A stretch of 64,000 bases of DNA from the NCBI GenBank assembly GCA_965112155.1, contig OZ218114.1. One strand, written 5' to 3'. The notes under the pieces are model-generated. The model was given only the letters and a program-made list of their open reading frames with translations, made no database searches and was not told the origin of the DNA. Position 1 is the stretch's first letter. Every line of letters starts with the position of its first letter. Made by a program: the position numbers and the translations under genes. This DNA comes from Podarcis liolepis. Taxonomy: Eukaryota. Positions 51,901 through 64,000 of the stretch are shown in pieces.

Positions 51901-53805
51901 TAGCCTGCAGTCTCCATCTTGTAACTGAGTCTACAAGCTGACCTCTTGGTCTCATCTCTGTGTAAACATCTTATTTGTAAGCTGAGTTCTGGGGAGCTCA
52001 AAAGTATGCTACACTTTTGTGACATTTTGGATGGTCCCGATGAAGATATTACCAAAGTAGTGGAGATATTGTCATATTTTACTTGTGTATCAGCCTGCCT
52101 AACTTTGCCTTTTTTCTTATTATTGTATGTCATCTTTAGTAAGCAAATAGAATGGCAATTAAGATTTTTTTAAAAAAACTGTTCTAAAATTGCTAGACCA
52201 AACAGAAGACAGTCCTCAAGCCTGCTGTCTTTTTCCACAACTGCCTTCTTCCACCTATTACTATTGGGGTAGCTCTTCCCACATCTTCCTTGGGGCAAAT
52301 TAAGAGCTGTATGCCCTGAAGGAAGGCAGAAATGAAGAAGCTCAAGGTAGGAGGCTCATTATCAGCTCTTGAAGGGACCACCACTTGGTCTAAGAAGAAA
52401 ATGTTCCATATTTTGTACCATTTGTTTGTTTTAGTATTTTAAAAATGCAAATAAAATTGGAATGCCTGGGAAGAAGGCTAGTACTGCATATCAGTATAAC
52501 ACTGTTAGAAACTGAGATATGAAAGCTAGGAGCTAAATGGCACCTTAAACCTAGGTTATGAGCGCAACGATGGACTGTCAAGGCATATTTTTTTAATAGC
52601 AAGAATCCTTCTTCCTACCCACCCCCCTAATATTCTTAAGAGGGTCTCTTCTCCAGTCTTCAGAGAGTAGCTGGAAGTAGGGAGACAGAAAAAGATCCTC
52701 CTTTCCTTCCACTATGCAGTTTTAATCTGAAATCTTTGGCGCAGTACTGCGCCCAGAGCTCAGAAACTGCGCGCGCAAATGAAATTCCCTGTTGTAAAAT
52801 GTGCCTAGAACAATGGGAGTTTCAAACACTGCAGTGAAATCAATAAATAAGAATGTATAAAAAGTGGTAGTTTCAATGAAGGCTGCAGTCATAAGCTTTT
52901 ATGAAAACCCATTTAATTAATAAATTTATTATAGGTATGTTTAATAACAGCTACTAATCGGTTTATTATCCCCCTCCCATCTTCCTAAAATAAATTAATA
53001 TAGCATGGTTTAAATCTGAACAGACAAGTATATGCATGTCTACTTAGAAGTAAGTCTCACTAAGTTCAATGGGCTGACAGCAACTGAGTTGTCTGTTGTC
53101 TGGCTATGCATATCTTACTCCCTCGCTCCCATAACTTCTGGATTTGGGTCATTTTACACTCCAAGAGCAGAAAGGGTGGAGTTAGGTACAGCAACTAAAT
53201 CTGAGGTGTGTGATATCCCTGATACTATTCATGATAAATATGGACACTTGACACAGAAAAGGCAACCAGATGAATACAAATCTCCACAGGCCACAAGGGG
53301 GAAGGGGATTAAATGAATGCTGTTTCAAAATGTTATGGAAAGGCAGGAATGTGGAAAATTTCCTCATCAAAATCCAATACCATCTGCTGTAGGTCACTGT
53401 AACACTCTGAACGCAACCATTAAGAACATATGTTTAAGCAAGCTTTATGCTACTGTGTGCACAAGTACTACCTGAGAGATAAGTGAGACAGAAAGAGAGT
53501 GACTTGCTAAAGTCATGCAGAGAGATCCCATAGTTATGCAGGCATTTGAACCTGCTCACCTTGGGCAACTAGATGGCTTGTGTGCAACACCAATATGAAA
53601 TGCTTTAATTGTTTGTTCTGAACATTTGTATACCGCTATTCTTTAAAAAAAGTATCACAGTGGTTTACAACAGTGATACATAAAAAATACACAAAATTAC
53701 GGTAAAAAACAACAACAGAGAACAGTTAACTATTACAGAAATATGTATGTGTAACAGCCAGCATAAGCCTCATGGAATAGAAAAAAATTCAGCAAGCATT
53801 TAAAA

Positions 53806-54052
53806 CAGGCGTCAGCAACCTTTTTCAGCCGTGGGCCGGTCCACTGTCCCTCAGACCTTGTGGGGCGCCAGACAACATTTTTTTGGGGATGAACGAATTC
53901 CTGTGCCCCACAAATAACCCAGAGATGCATTTTAAATAACATTTAAATAAATTACATTCTACTCATGTAAAAACACGCTGATTCCCGGACCGTCCACAGG
54001 CCTGATTGAGAAGGTAATTGGGCCACATCTGGCCTTAGGTTCCCTACCCCTG
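53806..54052. mobile_element. hAT-Charlie (OC1-like) MITE inside an L2 remnant
   Basis: Ends caggcgtcagcaacct...aggttccctacccctg; exact 8-bp TSD atttaaaa at 53798-53805 and 54053-54060. Confidence 0.85.
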
Positions 54053-55329
54053 ATTTAAAAGCTGAAAAAGAAGGTACCTCTACTGGCAGAGTATTCCACA
54101 AGTATTCCAGTGACACAAAAGGCTTCTTGTTACTATCAAATGAGCCTCATCAACTTAGGAAACAACTAATGATCCCCCTGCAGATTATCTCAGGGATCAG
54201 TCTGGAATGTAAGGGTTCAGGTGGTCCCTAAGGTAAATTAATACAAGGACCCAGAACCTGACTTAGTAGCAGATTGGCCGCAATGCTAATGTTTTAACTA
54301 TGCTGTCACATGCTATCAGCCACATCCCCGGCTGCAGCTTCCACACAAGACCCAGGGCAGCACCACATAGAGCACACTGTAGTAATCTAGCCTAGAAATT
54401 ACAAATGCATGGACTGTAGTGGTTATGCTATCCCTGTTCAGGAACAAATATGCCTATTTTCATTTGTTAAACGTGAGATATCTATATAACCCAGCAACAA
54501 TGTTATGCCATTATTTATGCTCTGAATTAAAGTTGATGAGCAACAAACTCGCTTCCAAGTTTATTTCACTGTTCTAAAACAAGGAAGGAATCAAGCAGTC
54601 AACACTCCATTTATACATATTACAAATATGATATTGTCCACCCTGCCCCAAATTTGGAAATCACTATGCATGTAGTAATCATACGTATCAAGGTGTACTG
54701 CTCTGATTATGTGACTCCCAATCCCAAGACACTTGTTTGTCCCACTCTTTATTGGCATTTGAACATCTTGTAAAAAAAAACCTGCTATTTTTTTCATGCC
54801 TTTGCTATTGTGATTATCTGTCCCTCCTACTAGTGCTCTGATGGTGACCATATGTTGCTTTAAAGCTTACTTTGTTGCTGTAACTTCATTCCTAACCTTG
54901 TTTGATTTTAATAGTATATTAATATTTACCACTTTGAGAACCTTCAGTTCTCAAAGTGGTAAATATAAATTTAAATTAAAAACAGAGTCAGGCACTAAAG
55001 ATAAACCAAACTCTAGAGATAAAGGGTGTACCAAACACTTTTTACAACCTTGAATCACAGATGTGCACTAGTAAAAAATTTTTTCTAGATTCTACAAGTC
55101 ACAACACTTTCCTGGAAAAAGGTTTAATTTAAAGCAACAGGTAAAGTGTTCCACTGATTCACTATGACTAGACTAGGGTGTTTTGTTTTTCGAGTCAAGT
55201 TTCAGCATGAGCTAGTAGGAACAAAAATATGCCAACTTGCCACAAAGCACCATTTCATGTTTCATCAAACACCACAACCATTTGAAGGAACTCTTGAACT
55301 TTTCCAGGGAGTTTATTTCACAGAAACTT

Positions 55330-55480
55330 AGAATCATAGAACTGTAGAGTTGGAAGGGACCATGTGGGACACCTAGTCCAACCCCCTGCAATGCAGGAAT
55401 CTTATACCCAACGCAGGAATCTTTTACCCAATGCAGGAATCTTTTACCCAACGTAGGTCTCAAACCCACAATCCTGAGAC
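55330..55480 (-). mobile_element. tRNA-head/CR1-tail SINE remnant with an internal 20-bp unit repeated three times
   Basis: CR1-type (TTCTATGA) tail; unit caatgcaggaatcttttacc x3 at 55389-55453; tRNA-like remnant. Confidence 0.65.
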
Positions 55481-57489
55481 AAATTCTCTGTGTGCAAGTT
55501 ATTGTGAAACAAAGTACAATGGTGGCTTATTTCTGCAAGTATTAAATCCACATAAATCCATCTACTACTGAAATTTAAAGTCACTATGAAAATCTTGTGT
55601 CTTGCAACATGAACCAGGATTATTATAGCTCACAAGTAGAAGGCTACAAACAACTGCTACAACACTAAATAAAAAAGGACAGAACCAAATGCAAAAGAGC
55701 AGAGAAAGAGGGAAACCTCAAAATAGTACAGGGTAAAGGAGAGAACTCAAGTAAAACAGTAAACTGTCCAGTGAGTATCAATATAAACTCTCCTCAGAGG
55801 CATTATAATTCACCTTAAACTAAATTTACACCCCCAAGGAATGTTTCAACAAAATAATGTAGTAAATTGTCCATTTACTTTTTTATTAGAGTTCACTACA
55901 TTTTTCCAGTCCCATTTTGAGTCTTTCTTTATGCCATACAGAATGGTAACAGAAAACTTTGAAGAGTTTTTTGCAACCCTTAAAAAAATATTGATTTAAC
56001 TTAGAAATTATGACCACTGATTATGACCACCGACCAATGAATACATATTTTAATGTATTTCCTTGCTCCTGACTTTTCAACATTTCTATTACAGTTTAAT
56101 TCTTGGAAACTATAAAGGCTAAGAAAAGTTGGGCAACTCATCATTGTAAGGCTCCGTGGGTCACATAGCTAAAAAAACTGTACACATTTTGCTGACATGC
56201 TGCCAACCTGATTACACAGTTGTGTAAGAAATTCTAATTATAGTGTGATGCCTAGAGAGAAATACTTTTCTCCTCTGAAAAACCCAAAAACTGTACATGT
56301 TTCGAAGCTAGATAGCGGCCACCACCCATTTATCTGAGCCACACTTCAATTGGTAAGCCTTTTACATTTTGCCTTGAGGTCTATAAATTTTCATTCTTGA
56401 ACTCAACTCATAGGTCAACTAAATTACACATCTGCAAGCTATAGAAGGAATAGGGTAGGGCAGGATTTTCAACTGTTTTAATTATTCAATTGTTATAACG
56501 AGACACACAAAAAAGCAGCTTTGTTCTAAAACTTGGCATGCATATGGCCCTGACTATGTAATGCACACTGAACCATGTCGAACACATCTGGTTCTTAGGT
56601 ATGGCCAATGACAGTCTAATGGAACTTGCACATGGAATACAGATGCGGCCTAGAGATATAATAGAACCATCTACCCTCTGACCTAAAAGCATGATTTTCT
56701 GTATATTATTCAACATTCCAAAACATTCTGACTAAAGTGTGTCACAAGAATGGAGTAGAACACACAAGGTATGCAATGCCAGAAGTGCATAAACAACCCA
56801 GTAAAAGTCCACACATCTCAAGAAAGCAAATCAAGCACGGCAGTACAGGTAACTGCAACTTGTGTGCATTTAACTTGAACACATCCAGCTTTATGTGCTT
56901 GACTAAAAAATAAATGAGTGGACGGAAATGGAATAGGTGTCTAGGGAAAAAGGCTTTGGCAATCTTACACACCCACTCAACCCAATGTGTTTTGACTATA
57001 TACGATTTTTACTTTATGCGCTGTCCCTGGAGCGTAACCCCTGCGTAAGTGGAGAGTTGCCTGTACAGAAGAAGAAACCCAAGTAGACTGTTGGTGCATT
57101 TTCAGTGAGGAAATTCTTTTAGCTTTACAGTGCCTTACTCCATTCACTAGTGTAAGCAATCAGTAGTTAAGATACTTTGCATTCAAAAAGAAAGAAAGCT
57201 ACTAACGTGTACGACAAGAACTAGGTTTGAATCCAAATACGATCCCTCAAGTAGTCTCAAATTCAATCGCATAGAGAGAAAAGTAAGATGAGCCAACGTA
57301 GAGGCCTGAAGACCTATTAATTTGGTTTGAAAGACTAGAAAAATGACATTAAAGATGATTCAGATATGATGAAGGAAGAACAAGTGTAGAGATCTGACAT
57401 TTCATTCCATCACAATGCTCAGATGCCTCAACACTGTTCTTTTGGGAAATTCTAAAACTTAAATGACAGGAAGAGACACTCACACAAGA

Positions 57490-57883
57490 ATGTAAAAAGA
57501 GACTGCTGGATCAGGCCAGTGGCCCATCTACTTCAGCAGCCTGTTCTCACACTGACCAACCAGATGTGTATAGAAAACCCACCAGCAGGATCTGAGCACA
57601 ACATCACTCTCCCCTCCTGTGGTTTCCAACTTTGAAGGCAGAACATATCCATCAGGGTTATTATTATTTATTATTATTGCTTACATTTATATACCACCTT
57701 TATCTTCCAAGGATCTCAAGGTGGTGTACATGGTTCTCCCCCCCCCCCATGTCATCCTCACAACAATTCTGTGAGGTAGGTTAGGCTAAGATAGACCATC
57801 CAGTGAGTTTCATGGCTGAGTGGGGATTCAAATCCTGCTCTCCCAGGTCCTGATTGCAACACTCTAACCATTACACCACACTG
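57490..57883 (-). mobile_element. CR1 3' fragment next to an older Squam3-like SINE (about 57655-57883)
   Basis: ctgctggatcaggccagtggcccatcta CR1-type motif; SINE head cagtgtggtgtaatggttagagtg...ggatttgaatcccc. Confidence 0.65.
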
Positions 57884-59009
57884 TTTAGTATCCATTTTGG
57901 CTAAAGAATAATTGTGTTCTGCTATTAAGTATCCACCAGTCATTAAGCACTTGTACAAAGGTATCTCAACTCTACTCTAAAATAACTAATAATTTAATTT
58001 TCAACTGTACTTACACTGACATTGTCAAGAAACTATGGCAACTCTATAAAATACAGGCCAAAAGTACGCCAGCTTATCAAGTGTTATTTTCTGTTGCAAC
58101 TTGTACTATAGATACTATTTGTGATCCATAAAAGGAACATATATCTATTAAATCCACACCTGCAGCTACAATTTATAGCCACCCAGTCATCTACTACTGT
58201 CTTACATCATAGGTAATTAGAATTCACTGAATTCATGGCCACAGGGAAAATACAAGTCCCATGAATGGGAACACAAAGCAAACACGAGTTCCACAGAATT
58301 TCAACCAGCATATGGGAGAGACGAATTAAATCTGACTCAATACGGAGTAAGAAAGGAGCAACTGTTAAGTTTTGACTTCATGTTATTTATTCTATACTTC
58401 ACTGACATTTTCACCAAACTCAGTCTTGCTTGCATTTTGCTGGCATATATACTAGATTCAAATGAACTGGTGGGCCACACTTTTTAACCTCCTGTAATTC
58501 TTTCAGGTTTTGGGAAACCAAAACCCAATGCAAATTTCCAGGTAACTCAGCAGAAGATTCCATGAGGAAATCAAGCTTTAATGTTCCAAAATGTATCTCA
58601 ACAGCTTTATCAGATCACAGAACAGCAGATTTACAACAGTATCATTTCAGTATTCCTTCAACAATGCAGCAGTCTTATTAGAAAGATTTCTTGGATTGAA
58701 GGCTACAGCTATTCTAAAATTTACATGGTATCAACATTGTTTGAACAGCCCCTGATTTATAGGATATAATGCCAGAAATAAATCCACTTAGTGGTAGGCA
58801 AGTCTTGCACCAGCAGTCAAATGCTTTATAACTTCTGTGATTGCTAAATGGGGATTTGAAGAATTAAATTAAGGATTTGTGATTATTTGCTTTTTAATAA
58901 TTTCTAAGATTGTAGCCTCAGGTATTCAAGCAACAACTTGATTGTTTTATTTAGAGCATAGGCAAAAAACAAAGTCTTGCAGCATCTTTAAAATTAATTT
59001 ATTATGGCA

Positions 59010-59830
59010 CATGCTTTCAAGGACTAAAGTCCACTTTATCTGATGTATGGAATATGATGCTGAATGAGTAGCTACAATATAGTACACATGACTATAAAGA
59101 GACAAAACATTAGCTGTCAGATGAGCAGAAAATGAAATGTAAGAAACACAGATGGTGAAAAATGTATTAACGCTTAACTATATGTAAAAGAATTACAATG
59201 AGCAACATTGCTTTGTGAACAGTAACATACACATCCTGGCATTGCAAGTTAATCAACACTTCTCTTTGTTCAAGAACTGTCAACTTAAGGTCAGTAACAG
59301 AGTATTCTGTGGTAGTGAAATGTTCTCCAATGGAATATTGTCCTTTTTGATGTAATATTTGTGTTTTCTCTCTCTTTCTTTGCATAGAGGCTACTGACCT
59401 GGTTGCCCTATGCTGCATAGAATGCAGAAGGCCATTACTGGCAGATGATGCTGTTTATCATACTGGAAGACAAGCAGGTGAATAAACCCTTGATATTGTG
59501 GTTAACATTATTAGGTCCTTTAATACCTATTTTATTGCATCTGTATCTGAGCTTGTTGCAGTGTCTGATCCTTGCATTTGTGCCTCTGTTATGTGGGCTG
59601 TTGGCAATGGTGAGCAGCTGATTCAGGTTAGGGGGACTGCCGGTGAATCAAGACATGCCTACTGCCAAACTGCAAAATATAGTTGCAATGGATGATGGGT
59701 TGGAATAGTCTTAGCTGGGAGGTATAAGGGACAAAAAGTGGTGTTCTGACACCTTCTCCATATCTGTCCAGTACAGCACAGGGTTTCATAGAATGCTGGA
59801 AGAAAGAAGTTCCATAGGCAGGAAGAGGCT
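59010..59830 (-). mobile_element. Degenerate Penelope-like retroelement, GIY-YIG endonuclease region
   Basis: The minus strand gives GPNNVNHNIKGLFTCLSS and SIGEHFTTTEYSVTDLKLTVLEQ, matching the recalled Penelope/Neptune endonuclease motifs (GSFTCxSxNVIY; VGEHFNxxxHSxxDLxVxxL). The frame is broken. Confidence 0.75.
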
Positions 59831-62800
59831 GCTGACCTCCCTCACTTTCAATCACAGAGAGCACCACCAGGAAGCTGACACTGGATTCCAAGACTTATTC
59901 TTCTAATAGCTCAATTTAGGACCCTAGAGGCCCACACCCAATGCATTGGCTGGTCCAGAATACGCAAATGTGCCCACAGTTACTAAATAGTAGACTGAGA
60001 GAAAATTTCTCCTCACTTTTCCTGATACATGGCCTCCATCATCCATGTTTATCTCCCATATCTGTCTGCCTAACTTATTCCATCACCCTCCCTTACTGAT
60101 ATGTCACCTGACTGCATCATGCTTTCTCTTGTGCCAACATCATGCTTCCTGCATATATGCTGTGAGGGGTGAGGAGAATATGTTCACTGCCTATACTGCC
60201 AACAAAGGGCTCAGGTAGAAAGACAGGGATGACAATCACCACTTCTCTTCCCCACTTCTCTTCCTTTACACTCAACAAACTTGCAGAATCAGAACCCGCT
60301 GCCTTCTCACTTCTAAGATCACATACATTTCCTGCCTGGTTATGACTGTCTTAGAGATGCCAGACCTCAATGGACTTGTCATAAAATCACAACCCCATTG
60401 TTGAAGCAGTGAGGTAAGTAGACCCTCAGTGCACTGTACATCTCTGCCTCATATGCATCCTCAATGCCCAGCAGATTACCTAGAGTCCACCCCTGATTTT
60501 TCAGCACAGCTGTCTTCTACACACTCTCTGCACAGCTTACTTACACCAATTCCCTGCTTTGTCACTTGCCACCTACTTTTCTATGGATACAAACATACAA
60601 GCAGCCCTGCTGGATCAGACCAAAGGTCCGTCTAATCCAGCATGCTGTTTTCTCAGTGGCCACTAATTTCTAAAACCTTAATGTCAGCCTTTCCCAACCT
60701 GCTGCCCACCAGATATTGTTGGACTTAATTCCCATCAGCCTCAGCCAGCTGGAGTTGTCTAAAACATATGGAGAGCACTAGGTTGGGGAAGACTCATCAA
60801 GACAGCTGTAGAAAGTAGACTTATGTAAACCCTACATGTAGCAAGAAAAACCATTTTCAGTAGAGACAGAGAAAGTTACCTGCTATTTACTGATACGTTT
60901 TTCTTGAGCATAATGAACCATCAAAAACTGACCACACAAAACATAGATTGGAATACTCACTTATGACACATTTCTAAGGCAGACATCAGTACTACATAAA
61001 ATGCCCCAGGCTACTTTAAGATAGTTTACTTTACATTAAAAGAACAGACTTGGCTGCAATGCTAAGATACAATTACATTTTAAAAACTGTGCCCTTTCTT
61101 CAAGTCACTATCCAAACTTGTTTCTGTGGTTTTCAATTCATAGTTTTATTGTGCCAATAACTTGACATGGACTGACTGCCCACTAGTTTTCACAAGCTTT
61201 ATTCTCCTAATGTACAGAATACAGTGCATTATTTTTTGTACTTTGATAACAAATGCATGTGTGTGCAATTCGTGCTTTGGTGAACCCATTCCAAAAGAGA
61301 AAGCTGAAATCAAGAATCTTGAATTTACATTCTAACAGACAGATAGTAGTGCTTGTATGACTCCCAAATTACTGTTTTCTCTGTTTCCCTAAAGTTATAG
61401 CTGTTGTACTATCAAACATGAAAAGTGTCTACTACTCTAAAGTTTCCTGAACAGGTACTGTATTCACAAATAGTGCTGCCTTTGCAGCTGACCAGCAGAG
61501 GGAGTACGTCACAGCCAATGTTCTGCATAGCTGAAAAGAATTTTGTAAACATCACAAACTAGATAATTTTACTAAACAGAAATAGAGAAGATCAATGTTT
61601 GCAGATCATGAGCAGAAAATGCCAACTTCTCAGAATAAAAACTGTGTTGGAAATAAAATCTTACTTTCAAATGTTAGGACTACAGGAGAGATTCAGTTGT
61701 AATCCTAAAATATTAGCTCTTGTGTCAATCAATATAATACCATTTTATAATTTTCCCACTGTTTTGTGCTTTTACCAGGCTGACATTTAAGCTATTTATT
61801 ATACTTGTTAGCCCACATCATACCTAATTATGCTTAAATGAAACTTACAAACAAATAATATTCCAATCTTACTTCAGAAGTATATTTCATGCAACCGATT
61901 GAATTACGTAAATCTAAGGAACTCCTTACATTTTTCTTCCCCCTTCATATGCTCTATTTTAAAATATCCAAATGATAAACTAGAAATGCTACTGGAAATG
62001 TTTGTCAGTGCAACTACTAAAATTGGAATCCAAACTCAGACAGTACCAGAGACAATCTTAGCCAATACTGATGTTCAGTGCTTTTTCCTGGGGTGATGCA
62101 TGCCCTTTAACATTTTGCAAATCTTTGTACTTTTGTCCATTTACTGTATTTATTTTTCCCCATTTGAACTATAAAATGGTGATTTTCTTGAGTCAAAATG
62201 AGAGTACCCCTAAACATTTCTTTAGAAGAAGAAAAAGCATTGCTGGTGCTGTAAATCAAATCATTACAATTTCCACATTTAATGTACATACACAAATAAC
62301 AACAGAAAATCTAAACCCTGAAATTAGCACACCCTCCAAGAATCATGTTAAAGAATAAGCTTCGCTTCCTAAACCTTTTCAATTAAAAATAATGTTTAAA
62401 AATTGGAGCAGGTAGAGGAGAGTATGTATTTAGAGAAGGGATTGTCATCCTTAAAAGTAAGCCACATTACACAAGACTACCTATGCAGTCTTTGTGATTA
62501 TGTTCAAGGTGCAATCTTCAGTTGCTAAGTACCTTAGTTGTTTTAATGAAGTATGTCTAAAAAATAGACATAAATTCCATGTACAAATTGTAAATGGAAA
62601 CAATGGACCACATAAGAAATATACCATTCAATATAGAAATATGGTAATCACCAAATGATCAAACATGTATAGTGCAATCCATATATATTCTTGCATACAA
62701 ATCATATACCACTTGCATATGTTATCAAAAAATTAAGATAAAAAGATAATGAACACAAACTTGGATCTATTGAGAAATACTTCAATTACCAGTATTTTTC

Positions 62801-64000
62801 CTGTGGGGGAAGATGAAAAGTATACAAATAAAAAGTTAATTACCAAGAATCTGTTACTTATTCAGACCTTTAAAAAAAATCAGTGTGATCAAAATAGTGC
62901 TCTAGAGGCTTCTCTCAGCAAAAATCTGTGCTTTAAACAGTACCACAAATATGATTAAAAATAATTTAAAAACCAAATTTATATTAACTGGCAAATAAAA
63001 AGTACACACCATTGCCTGTTATATTCCATCTTTTTATAAAGACTCACCCACTCCACAAGTCTAAGTGCTTGCACTGATAATGCTTTGCCACCGGTTTGCT
63101 TCTTCAGACTGAGAAATAAGTGATGGTTTCAATAATAAGGGTGGTTGAACTAATTTCAGTGCCTTAAGTAAAGTACAGTTCTCTTTAAACATCAGTGTCT
63201 AACTATTCGTATTCTTTGGGGCTGGGCTTTTCTCTCACTAGATAAGCTGTTAAGTCATGCCTTGATTTTAGATCTGCCAACATACAGATTCTTCTGGTGT
63301 AGCCTCCCCCACTCATCATCAAGAGTGATATACTTCTTGTTCTATTTTCCCCACCCCCACCCGTATTACAAAAAAAGGCACTGCAGGGCAGAAATTCCTC
63401 AGGTGCTTGCTAATGGAATTCCCAGGGTCTATGAACCGCTTCGGGGATCAAGAGATCTCATAGCCCCTGCTGGGGTAAGAAGCAACGAGTCTGTTCCATT
63501 TAATCAAATACAGAATGAATTTTCAGCCCTATTCACTAGGTTGTCTCCAGGGCTCCAAAAAAGCACCAGGGAGCAAGAATCACACTAATGTGGCTCTTTC
63601 AGGCAGATATAATTAGTTTGATTTTAAAGAGTCACATTAATATCACCTCAGTACTATTACCCAGATTGTGCGTGACAGCGATACTGTACATCGCAAGGCT
63701 GAAAAAGGGAACTAAGGAAATATAAAAAGAATCATACAAAATGCTACATATTCTACAAAGGGATGTTTCCTATTATTGCATGCTGCATGGTTTCATTTTA
63801 ACAGCAAGACATTCATGCTTAACTCTTTGAGCATGAAAACAAGCTAGCAGTGATTAACTTTTCCTTTAGATTTTTAACTTTAAAAATGAAATCTCTTTGT
63901 ACATGACACTGAGGTTGCTGAATACTATGAGTTTTGAAATTCATGAGATATAACGAATGCCAAATGGCCCTGGGAGATAACTTTTATGGCTAAAAGTCAA

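Noticed and set aside
55389-55453. Short direct-repeat arrays (also 552-613) as CRISPR-like loci
   Set aside because: Head-to-tail repeats with no unique spacers, inside transposons, in a vertebrate genome with no cas genes.
43508-64000. CDON promoter or first exon
   Set aside because: No CpG island or clear promoter is visible; it probably lies beyond the end of the window.

Overview
Vertebrate genomic DNA, not prokaryotic. The Sauria/Squam SINEs and MITE families point to a squamate reptile, probably a lacertid lizard. The window holds the complete coding region of CDON (Cdo, an Ig/FNIII Hedgehog co-receptor) on the minus strand. I traced 19 coding exons (exons 2-20 in human numbering) by hand from the ATG at 43446 to the TAA at 12471-12473. 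All have GT-AG junctions in compatible phases and total 3783 nt, giving a 1260-aa protein: signal peptide, 5 Ig, 3 FNIII, TM and cytoplasmic tail. Exon 1 and the promoter were not found and probably lie beyond 64000, so intron 1 would be over 20 kb. A long AU-rich 3'UTR probably runs from 12470 to about 8150-8650. At 953-1095 (+) there is a terminal coding exon of a convergent gene that the ORF track misses; by synteny it is probably VSIG10L2. The rest is intronic or intergenic DNA with SINEs, L1/L2/CR1/Penelope fragments and hAT/mariner MITEs, some nested. I found no convincing new multi-gene system. The best leads are modest: candidate 5'UTR or recursive-splice exons in intron 1, two miR-181 8mer sites, an antisense ORF with a perfect Kozak context, an intronic duplicated module, an NMD-immune last-intron isoform and nested transposon stacks.
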